DNA of 64,000 nucleotides. It comes from the human T2T-CHM13v2.0 reference genome, Homo sapiens. Location of the stretch: NCBI RefSeq assembly GCF_009914755.1, contig NC_060928.1, one strand, 5' to 3'. The translations under genes and the position numbers were made by a program. Under the pieces are notes generated by a model. That model searched no databases. It saw nothing but the letters and a program-made list of their open reading frames with translations, and was not told the origin of the DNA. Below, piece after piece: positions 26,871 through 37,991 of this stretch (position 1 is the first letter of the stretch; every line of letters begins with the position of its first letter).

Positions 26871-29800
26871 TCTTGGGGGTAGAAGCGTGTCATAGATGAC
26901 TTTGTTTTTCCTACAGAACCATGTACTCTTCAATGAACATTTATTGACCTCTAAGCATCCCATTTCTCATTCCTGTAAATTTGTTTCCTTCATAGAGGGC
27001 CTTCTTCTCTTCTGCCTACCTGGGAGAACCTTTTCAATCTTCTTGGACCCACATCAAATCCTCTGGAAATTCTGACTCTTGCTCAATTCTGAATCCCAAC
27101 AGCACTAAACCACACATCCTGTGTTCATCTTCTGCTTCCAGTTAGTTCTTTGCACCAGAGTAGGTCGTGAACCTAATTGATACCTGGTGCTTAGCTACCA
27201 TCTGGTTATCGTCTGCCCTTCAGTACTCAGTAGATATTGTCTGGCCTGGGAAGTATTCTCTGACTCTGTCATTCTTCTCCCCCACAACTGAGTTAGGAAC
27301 CCTTCTTCATACTCCTCCAGCTGCCTGGACTTTCCATCTTGGCCCTTGTCTTTGTGTACTGTGATTGTTGATTTACTTCTAAGATTCTCCAATTGGACTG
27401 TGACCTCCTTGAGGACAGGCTAGTGTCTAATTCACTGATGTATTCCCAGCACCTGGCATGGTGCTGAAGACACTCAATTCACATTTTTGAAAAAATAATA
27501 GATTGATGCAATCAATAGTTGCTGATTAATTACATGCTTGATTAAAATATTGGTACTATTCCTCATGGCACCCTATTTACATGCTTCAGTTCTCTAACTA
27601 GTCTATTATGTATAGTCTAGTTATACATAGTAACTGGACTTAGTTATAATAACAACCTTTCCTTAGTTATACTCTATAGCTACTTTGTATCTCTCGGTAT
27701 TAGTCAATGCCTATCAACTTTTATATGACTGAGGTTATCAGGCCAAAACTGGGGGCAACCTGGGAGAAACCAAGCTAGGCCATCCAGGTCTTTGGCAAGA
27801 AAGACATGTGCCTTTTTTCAATCCCACTTTCTTTCCTCGACTGTGGGCTACTAAAACAAATAGCAGCTCTCCCTCTTTATGCATTAAGCATTTCAAGGAC
27901 AGCCTGGCTGTGAAATAAAACAATCCAGACAAATTATTGCACACTCATAGCCAGATTTCTGAATCAAGCCTGAGCCTGCCTAGAGCGCCACGTTCACCTA
28001 GCATAAAATAATACCAAATGTTTGGACTTGGAAACCATTTGCCAAATGTTGGGCTAATATAACAAAACACACACATTATCAGAGACAGAAAATGGCATCC
28101 TGGAAACAGCTTAACCCACTGCAAATGAGATGTAAGAGCCTCGTTCAGCAGAAAAGTTCTTTCCCACTCTCGGGCTTCCCCTGGAGCTGTTTGCTGCTTG
28201 AACCTCTCTCATCTACTCTCGGTTTTTCCTGGGAGCATATCATATATTGCAATCACATTTCACTTAGCTGTCCATGATCAGTTTCTCAAATGGGAATACA
28301 TTAGAGACAGGTTGTGAATTGGCCAGCCACGTCAGCCCCGATCTCCTTGCAGTAAAATGGATGCAGAATAACCACATTTTCCCTTCTCTCAATGTGCTGG
28401 TGGCTTCCACAGGAACCCTCTGGAAATGAAGCATAGAAAGAAGCTCACCTGACCAGCCAGAGAACAGACATTTGGCGTTTTTAAATGCCTTTTAAATGTC
28501 TAGATAGATGGTATACTACCCTGTAGCCTTTTCAAAATCTGTAAGACATGCTGTGAATGCTGTTGTCTAAAAACACCAGCCCTGGAAAACCCTCCAGGTG
28601 TCCAGGTGAGGAAGGCAGCAACCTCACCACTTCTGGAAAGAAAAGGTACTGACTTGCTTCAGGAAAAATCTCTTTCTACCAGATGACAGGACAAGGAAAA
28701 GCTAGCAGAATGTTTTGCTCATAATTTTTATCCGATCAATCATGTGTGATAAGCAATGCAGTTTTTGGCCACAAAAACAATACGCAGGATGGGAGATTGA
28801 CTGCTTCAAGGGCTGGCAGGAAAGGGCACATTTCTTCAGGATGACATCAAAAGTCACTTGTTGCCTTGAGTGAGTGGTCAGAATTGCAAGTTCAGTGGCA
28901 ATGGATGCTTTCATGTAAAGCCCCATGGCCGGAAGACAGCTCTCAAGTTGATGCTCAGTTGCCACGTGCACCTGAGACATCCCAAGGGGCTCAGCAAAGC
29001 AGGAGAGCAGTCCAGTATTCCCTGGGGCTGTGGCCCCTAAGTCCAGAGGAGAAGGGTCATGAGGAATGTGGTGGTCGGACCCATAGAGGTCTGAAAAGTT
29101 TGCTTTTGCTTTTCCTTCCCAAAGTTTATACCCAAGTTGCACTTGTTACCACTCTCTTTTGAGGAAAGGCAATCCAGAGTCCATAAGCCATGGACAAGAG
29201 TCAGAGAAAAAAAAGAATGTGCCACCCAACCTGGGCCTCCTCAGCAGTGTGAGGTCTGACCTCCCTGCTCAGCTAGGGAAAGCAGGGGAGATAAGACAGG
29301 GCTGATCCTAAGGTCTCATCAGCATCCTTGACCTTGGCAGAGGGCAGACATGCAGACGTGGTCCTTGTTTGCCTGGGGGTGAGGGGTGGAAGGAGCAGGG
29401 GGAGTGGAGGAGAACGGCCTTGCTTTGCTGCTGGAGACCAGCAAGGGCCATTCAGTAAACAAAGCAAAGTAAAGCAAATGACAACAGCAAAGCAAGGTGT
29501 GAAAGAGAGAAGGGTAGCTTTCTGGGGAGTCTCTGGCAGGTTGAGGTGCTGCCTTGCCCAGAGAAAGGCTGTAAGGTGCTGGTGTTTCCATGATGCCAAA
29601 TGGGTGGGGACTGCCACAGGAGAGGCTGCAGACTGCCCTGAGCCCTGGGCAATTGGCCCTGCTTATCACAGTCCTCTTCAGTCATTACCATTGCCTCGTT
29701 AGCTTCAGCAGACCTCTGGCTTCAAAAGTGGGAGTTAGCCTGAATCACCGATGCTGGAGAGAGCAGAAGGTGGGCAGCATGGAGAAACACCTAGGGGAAT

Positions 29801-30762
29801 GCACCTGAGAATCCCACTGCCATCCTCCCCAAGCCTGAATCTGTCTCCTTGCTCAATCATGTAAGGGAAAGTTCCACCTGCTCCATCGTTTGGCTTTGAG
29901 AACTTCCTGTCCTGCTTTCTTTGAGAACACTCCAGGCTTCCTCTTGTTCTTTTGTTCTTCATATCTCACCTAATTTCCCAGGCATTCCCATACCTCGATG
30001 CTTGTCAGAACGTGGTTCCCCAGCCCTAAGCTGCCCTGAGAATCCTGACCGGAAGCTTCCTGCTCATCCGTTTGAGGACCCATTACTTCAATGGGCTGCT
30101 CTGAAGAAAAAAGAGAAAGGAACAGGGTTTACTGCCCATCAGTGTAGAGTTACAGAGCAATTCCAATCAGCCTGTGGTGTGGCACAGCTCTTCCTATGGG
30201 TGGCTGTGCAGCAAAGCAAGACTCTCCACGGAGACAACTGCAAGGGATGAGGAGGAGGCCAAGGGAATCCAAGACCTTCCTGCCTTCCTTTGCCTTTTTC
30301 AGCTTCTCAGAGGCTTTTAGGAAGAAGTCCTGTCCCTGCTTTTCAGATAATTCAGTAGCTGTTCTTAGATGGCCACCTTAAAGTAAAAAAGAAAGATGAT
30401 GGTTCTCTACATTTATGTAGTGTTTTATAGTTGTAAGAGCGTTTTTTATCTCCCTACCTAAACTGTATCGCTTTAGGCCTAGGATGGAAATTAACAGGAG
30501 GAATCACAAAACTTCGTTACTCCAATCACAAATTTCAGGCGAGAATGTTTGTCTTGTCCTGGTCCAAGCTAATGTTGACCTCTCTGTTAACATATTTTGG
30601 ATCAGATTCCAGTGCACCTTTTTGCCTGTAGAACTGAATGAATTCTGTGGTGCTGTTAGCCTGATGCAACCACTGGCTTGTTCCCCACACCAACCCTAAA
30701 CCCTGTCAGTTCCCATTGAAACTGGTGATTTCACGGAATTCTGCACCCATATGTGATATGCA

Positions 30763-30888
30763 CTTCTTTCCTCTCTCTCTCTCCTGTTCCCCCCTTAGCT
30801 CTCTTCTCTTTCTTTCCCTTCTTTTTCTTCTCTTTCCTTTCCTTTCCATTCTCTTCCCTTTCTCTCTCTGTTTCTGTCTTCCTCTCTG
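30763..30888. repeat. CT-rich polypyrimidine tract
   Basis: About 125 nt of almost pure C/T. Confidence 0.85.
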
Positions 30889-31373
30889 CTAGATATTGTT
30901 TCTTGTCAATCAGCATTCATTTGCAATTGCACATATACCCTTCTTCATATCTCAGGGGCTGGAAACCTGGAGTTCATATTTCTCAGGCTTCCTTGATTCC
31001 AGGAAGGCAGAGAATAGGGTCTTCTTCCTCTGGCAGAAAGAGGTATGGCAGAAATATCAGCTGTGCTGGATATGAGTTTTTGTAGCAGACTTCGTATTCT
31101 ACTGTCAGTCACAACTTCAGGGCCAAGAGGCAGCTACAAAGCCAGCAGAAGTTTCCTGCAGTTTTCTGACCCTGGGATATTAGTATGTCCCAACTTTATA
31201 ATCTCTGGATCATGAGGTTACAGGTTACAAGTTTCAGGTACAGTGGTGTAATCTGAAAACTAGTGGCACCTCCTCTAAATTACCTTCCTGTAGCACAGCC
31301 AATAATTTTGCTCACATTTTATCTTCTTCCTGCATTGCTTAAAAGTCAACCTTTTTGCATAAAATACTTAGAG

Positions 31374-31408
31374 TAGTGGTTCTCAAAGACTGGCCCTGGA
31401 CCAGCATT

Positions 31409-31448
<40 letters not shown>

Positions 31449-31586
31449 GAGAACCTGTTAGAAATGCACATTCTTGGGCCCCATACCAGACCTACTGAAT
31501 CAAAAGCCCTAGGGACAGTGCCAAGCAATCCAGGTTAACAAGCCCTCCGGGCAATTCCGATGTAAACTAGAGTCTGAGAACCACTG
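31374..31586. mobile_element. MER5A hAT MITE containing an (ATC)13 microsatellite
   Basis: TIRs AGTGGTTCTCA...TGAGAACCACT; TGTTAGAAATGCACATTCT, AGACCTACTGAATCA. Confidence 0.9.
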
Positions 31587-31766
31587 ACCTATTGAGATGT
31601 TTATTTTCTTATCACAAACCATGACTGATATACACACAACTTCTCAATGTGTGCTGCTTTTTGTATAATTATAAAATACTATGTTTCATGTAGAAAATTT
31701 GGAAAACTACAAAAAGTGTGAACAAGAAACCAACCCCCACAAAGTCTGACTACTGAAAGTTAACTG

Positions 31767-32075
<309 letters not shown>

Positions 32076-32843
32076 CTATTATTACCCTTATTTTTTTCTA
32101 GTCGTTTCTCCATGTATACACATTTATACATATAGTTATATAACTGGTTCATCAGTTTGTATCTGATTATTTTCCCCACATAACATTAGATTAGGAACAT
32201 TTCTCTGTGCCATTATATACGTTTATTTAAAATTTACTTAATGTTTCATGTTATTGAAGTACCATAATTAATTACCTACTCTTCCAATGATAAATGTTTA
32301 TGTTATTTCTGGGTTTTGCTGGTATAAGTGAATGCTACACTAGATACCCTTATATAAAATATTTCTCCAATCCTGATTGCTCCATTAGCATCAAAGGATA
32401 AATGAGGATATGGAAGAGAAGAGAGACTTAGGCAGGACAGCCCTGGGCCCTTTCAGAGCAGTGGCTCCTTGTGTGTAGGGGTAAGCAGAGACCTCATGAA
32501 ACTTACCAGTTAGGAATCGAGGTGGGAAAGAAGAGAGGAACTTAAGAAAGATTCTTTCTATTTCTGAGCTTAAATAACAGTTGTGAGAGTAGAGGCATCT
32601 CAGAAGGAAGGACAAACAAAACGAAGCAAAGCAAGTGATTCTTCTTTTGACACTCTAGATATTCACCCAAAAGGTAGTATGATTTGAGGCCAGTCCACAC
32701 TTGTTGTTTATGAAGACACGAAGACTTCAGCTTTTTCCCCTGATTCAAGACATCAGCCTGGGGAGGCTGAGTCCATTCTCATGTTATGGTGGCATTTGCA
32801 TCTATGCTAGATGGGCTGAGGTCACCCTGAAAAGTCCAGGCCT

Positions 32844-33262
32844 TGTTGTGCTAAATCCCTATAAACCTCAGTGGGGATGGCACCAGGTTTAAGAAGCCAA
32901 AGAAGGGACCCAGAGCCAGCAAACGAGACGTGTGGTTTTACTGGGGGCTTACATACAGGGGAGAGTGCAGCGGTGGAGATCTGTGCAGAAGAACCACATC
33001 CACTTGCAAAAAGCATGCAGTTTATACAGTATTTCCACTTTGTACCCTCCCCCTAAAAACCTCCACCTGGCAATTTTCATTTAACCCCAAACTCAGGGCC
33101 TGAATGCCCTGTAAGGCCAGTGTTTCACAGGCTGGGCTGGGGGCTCAGATGTTTTTCATAGATAAGGAATTATTCTCTGAACACACATTCAGGTGCGTCT
33201 GCCATACAGGGTCACTCTCAGGGTATGCTCGAGTCACTGTTGCCAGGTGAATTTATTGTACG
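32844..33262 (-). mobile_element. 3' LTR (LTR47-like)
   Basis: Homologous to 37469-37991; ends ..TTAGCACAACA on -; preceded by PPT-like TTTTGGGGTGGAG (33263-33275). Confidence 0.9.
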
Positions 33263-33299
33263 CTCCACCCCAAAATGCCCTTGAGTGGCCCTCATGTTC

Positions 33300-33560
33300 T
33301 TATCATCTATTTTTCTGCAATTTCCCTGGGACCAGGCATGCAGAGGAACATTGCAGCCAGATGCCATGCTGCAATACAAACTACAGAAACAAAAAGTCCT
33401 TCCGTGTGCTGGGAATTGAACCTGGATGCCCATAGCAGTCCCACTGTGGAGGAGAGGGGTCAGCTCTCCACAGACCCAACAGTCTGTTTTGTTCTGGAGA
33501 GAGGCCACCATCTGTGTCCAGTTGGTGAAGAGGTTTGCTGCACATCATCTATGGGCAGAA
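33300..33560 (-). pseudogene. env remnant (SU N-terminus with CWVC, probably fused to the TM cytoplasmic tail)
   Basis: - strand reads ANLFTNWTQMVASLQNKTDCWVCGEL/(frameshift)PLSSTVGLLW; lies between the pol end and the PPT. Confidence 0.7.
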
Positions 33561-35160
33561 GATGAGATGTTTAGTGGGTACAAAAAAGGGCAAGTCATGA
33601 CCATTTAACAAGACACAGGAAGTCGTGGCATTGAGAGAGCACTGCCCTTGGCAATGGCCTGGTGCCTGGTTTACATCAGTGGATTGGCTCCCATCTGTGA
33701 CATGTGGTGCAAGGCCGGAGCAATGGCACCCAATGTTTCACAGTAAGAGGGTAATCATCCCCTTGCCCAAGGAAGGACCAGGACTCACCATTCCAGAAGT
33801 ACAAGAGGGAATAGGGTGCAAAATAGGTGTGATTTGTGTATCCTGTTCCAGGCCCTTCCCCCAAGGAGTGGGAAAAGTGAACCATCGTGGGCTAATTTGT
33901 CATTTCCAGAGCCACATAATGATATGCTCCCTAGACGATAGGTCCTGAGGCAAGGGCAGTTGTAGGTTATCTCCAATACCAGGCCAGTGCAAAGCCATGT
34001 TAGGAATGGGGCCCTGTCCCTCCTGTATGAAGGAGGGAATCCATGGAGGTCCAGCAGACTCTGTCAAAGACTGCTTCAGTTCAGGTGACAGGTGACAGGG
34101 CCAAGCATTGAATGGAGCTCAGTGCTCAAGGGGCTACCCGTCAATGTGCTCCTCTGTTGGAGGCATGCATGCCATGTGGCCACAGTCTGCATCCGGGCAT
34201 TCCCAGACCTCAGTCTCTGGAAGGTATCCTGTAGCCAACTTGCCACAGGATACTGGGCATGCACCAGCACTGGGACCCCCTCTGCAATGTCCTCCATCTG
34301 TTGCAAGGCACAATATGCAGTGCAGAGCCACTGCTCCATGACACTATCATCCACCTTCAGCCCCCTGCCGTAATTGGGACCAGAATCCTAAAGGCACATA
34401 TTCATTTCCTTGCCCTTGCCACAGGCCCCACATAAAACCCTCAGGGTAACCAGCTATGTCCATTTCACAAGGTTGTACCTGCACAAGAGTCCCCGCATCC
34501 TGTGTTTCACTGCAACTTTAGCTTATTCCAAGGCCTCATCCTTCCTTGTGGACCCATCACAGTGGGCCCCCTTTTTGACTAAGTGGTATGGGGGCCTAAG
34601 ACGTTGGGCCAAATGGGGAATAAAAGAACACCCATACCATAGAAGGCCTAGGAAAGTTTGCAGCTGCTTTGGTGTGCTACAACATGGGTAGACCTGCACC
34701 CTATCCATAATGGCAGATGGAATGACTTTAGTCTTACCCAACAAGATGACATCCAAGTATTTGACTGCCAAGCCAAATACTTGGGTTGGGACTACCAACC
34801 CAATTGAGACAGCAGAGTGTGGGCTGTAGTTTGTAAACTGGAAAAAGACTCAGAAGTTAAATATCCCTGGGGCCGATGGTAAAGGTCCATTATTCTCTTT
34901 CCGGGTGAATGCAAATTGGCTTTGATTCTGGGGCAATGGGAATGCTTAAGAAGGCACTGGCTAAATCAATAACAGAATGGTACATGCCAAGTTCCTCTCC
35001 TACCCTCATATGTAGGGAGATGATACTCAGAGGAGGAACAGCTGCATACACTCTGGGGGACCACCTTATTTAGTTTCCAGTAATCCACTGCCATTCTCCG
35101 TGTCCATCAGGCTTCCATACAAGCCATACAGGGCTACTGTATGGGGCTGGCAACTGTGCT
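33550..35160 (-). pseudogene. pol remnant (RT, connection domain, IN C-terminus), frameshifted and deleted
   Basis: PYSSPVWLVWKPDG..AVDYWKLNKVVP, IDLASAFLSIPI, PQGY, VKYLDVI..IPSAIMDRV..TPKQLQTFLGLL..FIPHLAQRLRPPYHLVKKGA, EQWLCTAYCALQQMED; resembles ERV-L Pol. Confidence 0.9.
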
Positions 35161-35259
35161 GGTGTCTATTTCATGTTCCCCTGATCACATGCTTCACCAC
35201 CCCAACTCTCAGTCGGAGTTCCCTGGCAGTTGTTTGGGGGCTCACAAGATATCCATTCT

Positions 35260-35930
35260 GAAGATGTATTCTGGAATGGGAGCTATGTATACTAAATAGG
35301 GTTTTGGTGGCAGTCTCTCAACTGGTAATACTAGTTCAACTTGTCTGACTTTCATGGCCCTCCGGCCCCATAACCATCTATTATTATCACAGGCCCTTGG
35401 AACACATGAATGTTACCATATGTATTAGTCCATTCTCACATTGCTATAAAGGAATACCTGAGACTGGGTAATTTATAAGGAAAAGAGGTTTAACTGGCTC
35501 ATGGTTTTGCAAGCAGAATAGGAAGCATAGAGGCTTCTGCTTCTGGGGAGGCCTCAGGAAACTTCCAATCATGGTGGAAGGCAAACAGGGAGTGAGATGT
35601 CTCACATGGCAAGAGCAGGAGCAAGAGGAGAGGGGCAGGTGCCACACACTTTTAAACAACAAGAACCCATGAGAACTCAATGATCGCAAGGACAGTACCA
35701 AGAGGATGGTGCTAAACCATTCATGAGAAATCCACTCCCATGATCCAATAACCTCCCCCAAGGCCCCACCTACAACATTGGGGATTACATTTCAACATGA
35801 GATTTGGTGGGGACACAGATCCAAACTATATCACCATATATGAGAGTGCATTTGGCTCACTGTATCCATGAGGCATGCACAGTCTGTTATTTTTAGGTGA
35901 CCAAAATATAGCTCTACATGTGGCCTCTGG
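35260..35930 (-). pseudogene. Retroviral protease remnant interrupted by MSTA
   Basis: LMDT..KCTLIY|GNIHVFQGPVIIIDGYG..VYIAPIPEYIFRMDIL once the LTR is removed. Confidence 0.8.
35421..35833 (-). mobile_element. Solo MaLR LTR (MSTA-like)
   Basis: TGTATTAGTCCATTCTCAC...CAGATCCAAACTATATCA; perfect TSD CCATA (35416-35420, 35834-35838). Confidence 0.95.
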
Positions 35931-37400
35931 TCCCTGGACAGCCTGGTCGTCGTTGCTCTTATTGGGATCCTGGGGCTTTGGCCTGCATCCTAGTTAAAGA
36001 GGTTGGTGCCTGCCATCTCTCTGTGGGAGGGGCAGTGGGATGTACCTGGGGCTCCTTAGTGGAGCTCTTCCAACTTGAGCTTCTGCCCCAGTCTGACCAG
36101 AACAGCATTCGGCTGTTTATCTGTTTTCACAGCAGGTGTCCCTGCCACTAAGAGGTTGTGCCGCATTTGTTATTGGCTCACCCTGATGGGCCCCATGGCT
36201 GTCTCCTTTCTTTATATTCCAGCAGTGTGTACCCTTCACCCATGTAGTACCCCCCCACCATTTCCTCCAAGTCAGTGTCTGCTTGAGCCACAATAGACAC
36301 TGGCTGTCGTACCAAGGGGCTCAGGATAGACACTAGTGTGCCATACCATTGGCTGGTGCCAACTATAAGATGGTGTCTTTCATACCAGCACTGAAAAGCT
36401 CACTGTTGGGACTTTGGTAATGCCCCGCATAGACAGCATGCTTCATCCCTAATTCCTAGAGGATGTCCTGCAATTCTTCCACAGTCTGTCATTGTAAAGG
36501 AGATGTGGGGCATCTCCCTTACTTGGCAAGGCTGCCTTGCAGTCTACAATCACCCAACCAAGGGCACAACCTGATCCCCATTACCAGCACCACAGAGAGG
36601 CTGCCTCGAGACCCAGTGGTCTATAATGGATGCCATTTCACTTACGGAGAGTACAACACCCTCTGCCTCCATGTCCCAGAGACAGAGAAGCCACTCCACA
36701 GTCAACTCTCTCCCCTTCTGCCTGAACCTATTTTCCAGCTCCACCAATTCCACAGTTGTGTGGTCCCACATGGTGGTGCACTGCGGTCTTCCAGGCAGAG
36801 GCAAATCTTGCAGGACTACCAGCTATGGGCACACTGGGTCGGCTTTTATCTTGGTGGTGACCATCAGATGCACAGAGGGGATGGGAACCTCTAAAAGCTC
36901 ATCCCAGTCTTCACTCTCCTCCCCACTAGAGCTCTCCATAGGGTCTCAGGACTTAGGGTCTCAGGAGGATTTAGTCATGATAACTCAGACCCATTGATAT
37001 GGCGGCTGGTGACCGTTCAAATGGGCTACCCGACAATCCAGGGTCTCCATCTTGTCATCCTGTGCCTGCAGGCAGGACAGTAAGCTCTCCAGTGTTTCAG
37101 CCTGAGCTAACCTGGCATCTCTTTCTAATTGCAGTTCATCCTGTAACTGACAAACACTTGCCTACAATGTGAACTCAGCTTCAGTGGCTACTCTGTAGAG
37201 CAGCCAGCCAATTGCAGCTGCCACCACTTGGGCATCTGACCCTTTGCTCAGTCAGATCCATCTCCTTCAACAACTCTTCCAGATCCTTTAGCATTTTGGG
37301 GGCATCCCTGTGCTCACATGTTGGACCCCATCCATCAAGGATAGTGGCTTTCAGGTCCCACATAGATATGGACGGTCAGCTCAGAATTTCCCCTGTGGAT
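35930..37400 (-). pseudogene. ERVL-type gag remnant
   Basis: HTTVELVELENRFRQKGRELTVEWLLCLWDMEAEGVVLS resembles the ERV-L/Fv1-family Gag motif YT.KEL....YKQK.GE..WEW.LR.WD.G. Confidence 0.82.
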
Positions 37401-37449
37401 TCCCCTTCCCTGATCCCACCGTCTTGGTGCTCACAGGATTTTCTCCAGC

Positions 37450-37467
37450 CTTCTGGATAGCTCACCA
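37450..37467 (-). promoter_or_regulatory. Primer binding site, tRNA-Arg-like
   Basis: TGGTGAGCTATCCAGAAG immediately after the 5' LTR; 14/18 match to TGGCGAGCCAGCCAGGAG. Confidence 0.7.
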
Positions 37468-37468
37468 A

Positions 37469-37991
37469 TTGTGCTAAATCCCTATCAACTCCAATGAGGA
37501 TGGCACCAGGTTCAAGACGCCAAAGAGACCCAGAGACAGCAACTGAGACATGGGGTTATTGGGGGTTTACATACAGGGGAGAGAATCCAATGGTGGCAGG
37601 CTGGCAGGAGAACTGCTGGTCCAGTGGTGGTGGGCTGGACAGAAAAACTACACAGCCCAGTGGCAGCAGGTTGGGCAGGAGAACTGCATGGCCCAGTGGC
37701 AGTAGGCTGGGCAGAAGAACCACAACCACTTGCAAAAAACATGCAGTTTATATAGCATTTTCACTTAGCACCCTTCCCCTAACAGCCTCCACCTGGCAAT
37801 CTTCATCCAACCCCAAACTCAGAGTCTTGATCCCCTGTACAGCCCTTGTTCCACAGGATGGGCTGGGGGCTCAGATGTTCCTCATAGATAAGGAATGAAT
37901 CCCCTCCAAACACACATTCAGGTGTGTCAGCCATACGGGGTCATTCTCAGGGTATGCGCAAATCATTGCTGTCAGAGGTGTTTACCATATA
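37469..37991 (-). mobile_element. 5' LTR (LTR47-like) with a 4-copy internal repeat
   Basis: Homologous to 32844-33262; TATA-like CTATATAAA on - near 37747-37755. Confidence 0.9.

Larger units (their letters stand above)
32844..37991 (-). mobile_element. Class III (ERVL-type) provirus, LTR47/ERVL47-like, two LTRs, internally deleted
   Basis: Two homologous LTRs flank PBS-gag-pro-pol-env remnants-PPT in retroviral order on the - strand. Confidence 0.92.

Noticed and set aside
28700-30400. Cluster of overlapping 70-150 aa ORFs suggesting a processed pseudogene
   Set aside because: No recognisable parent protein in any frame, and no poly-A tail or TSD
30731-31085. Highly charged and hydrophobic ORFs on opposite strands
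   Set aside because: Artefacts of the CT-rich simple repeat
31346-31528. Poly-Asp ORF
   Set aside because: Produced by the (ATC)13 microsatellite in MER5A
32844-37991. Possibility of an intact or domesticated retroviral gene (syncytin- or Fv1-like)
   Set aside because: All frames are interrupted by stops, frameshifts, deletions and an LTR insertion; env lacks a visible fusion peptide and immunosuppressive domain
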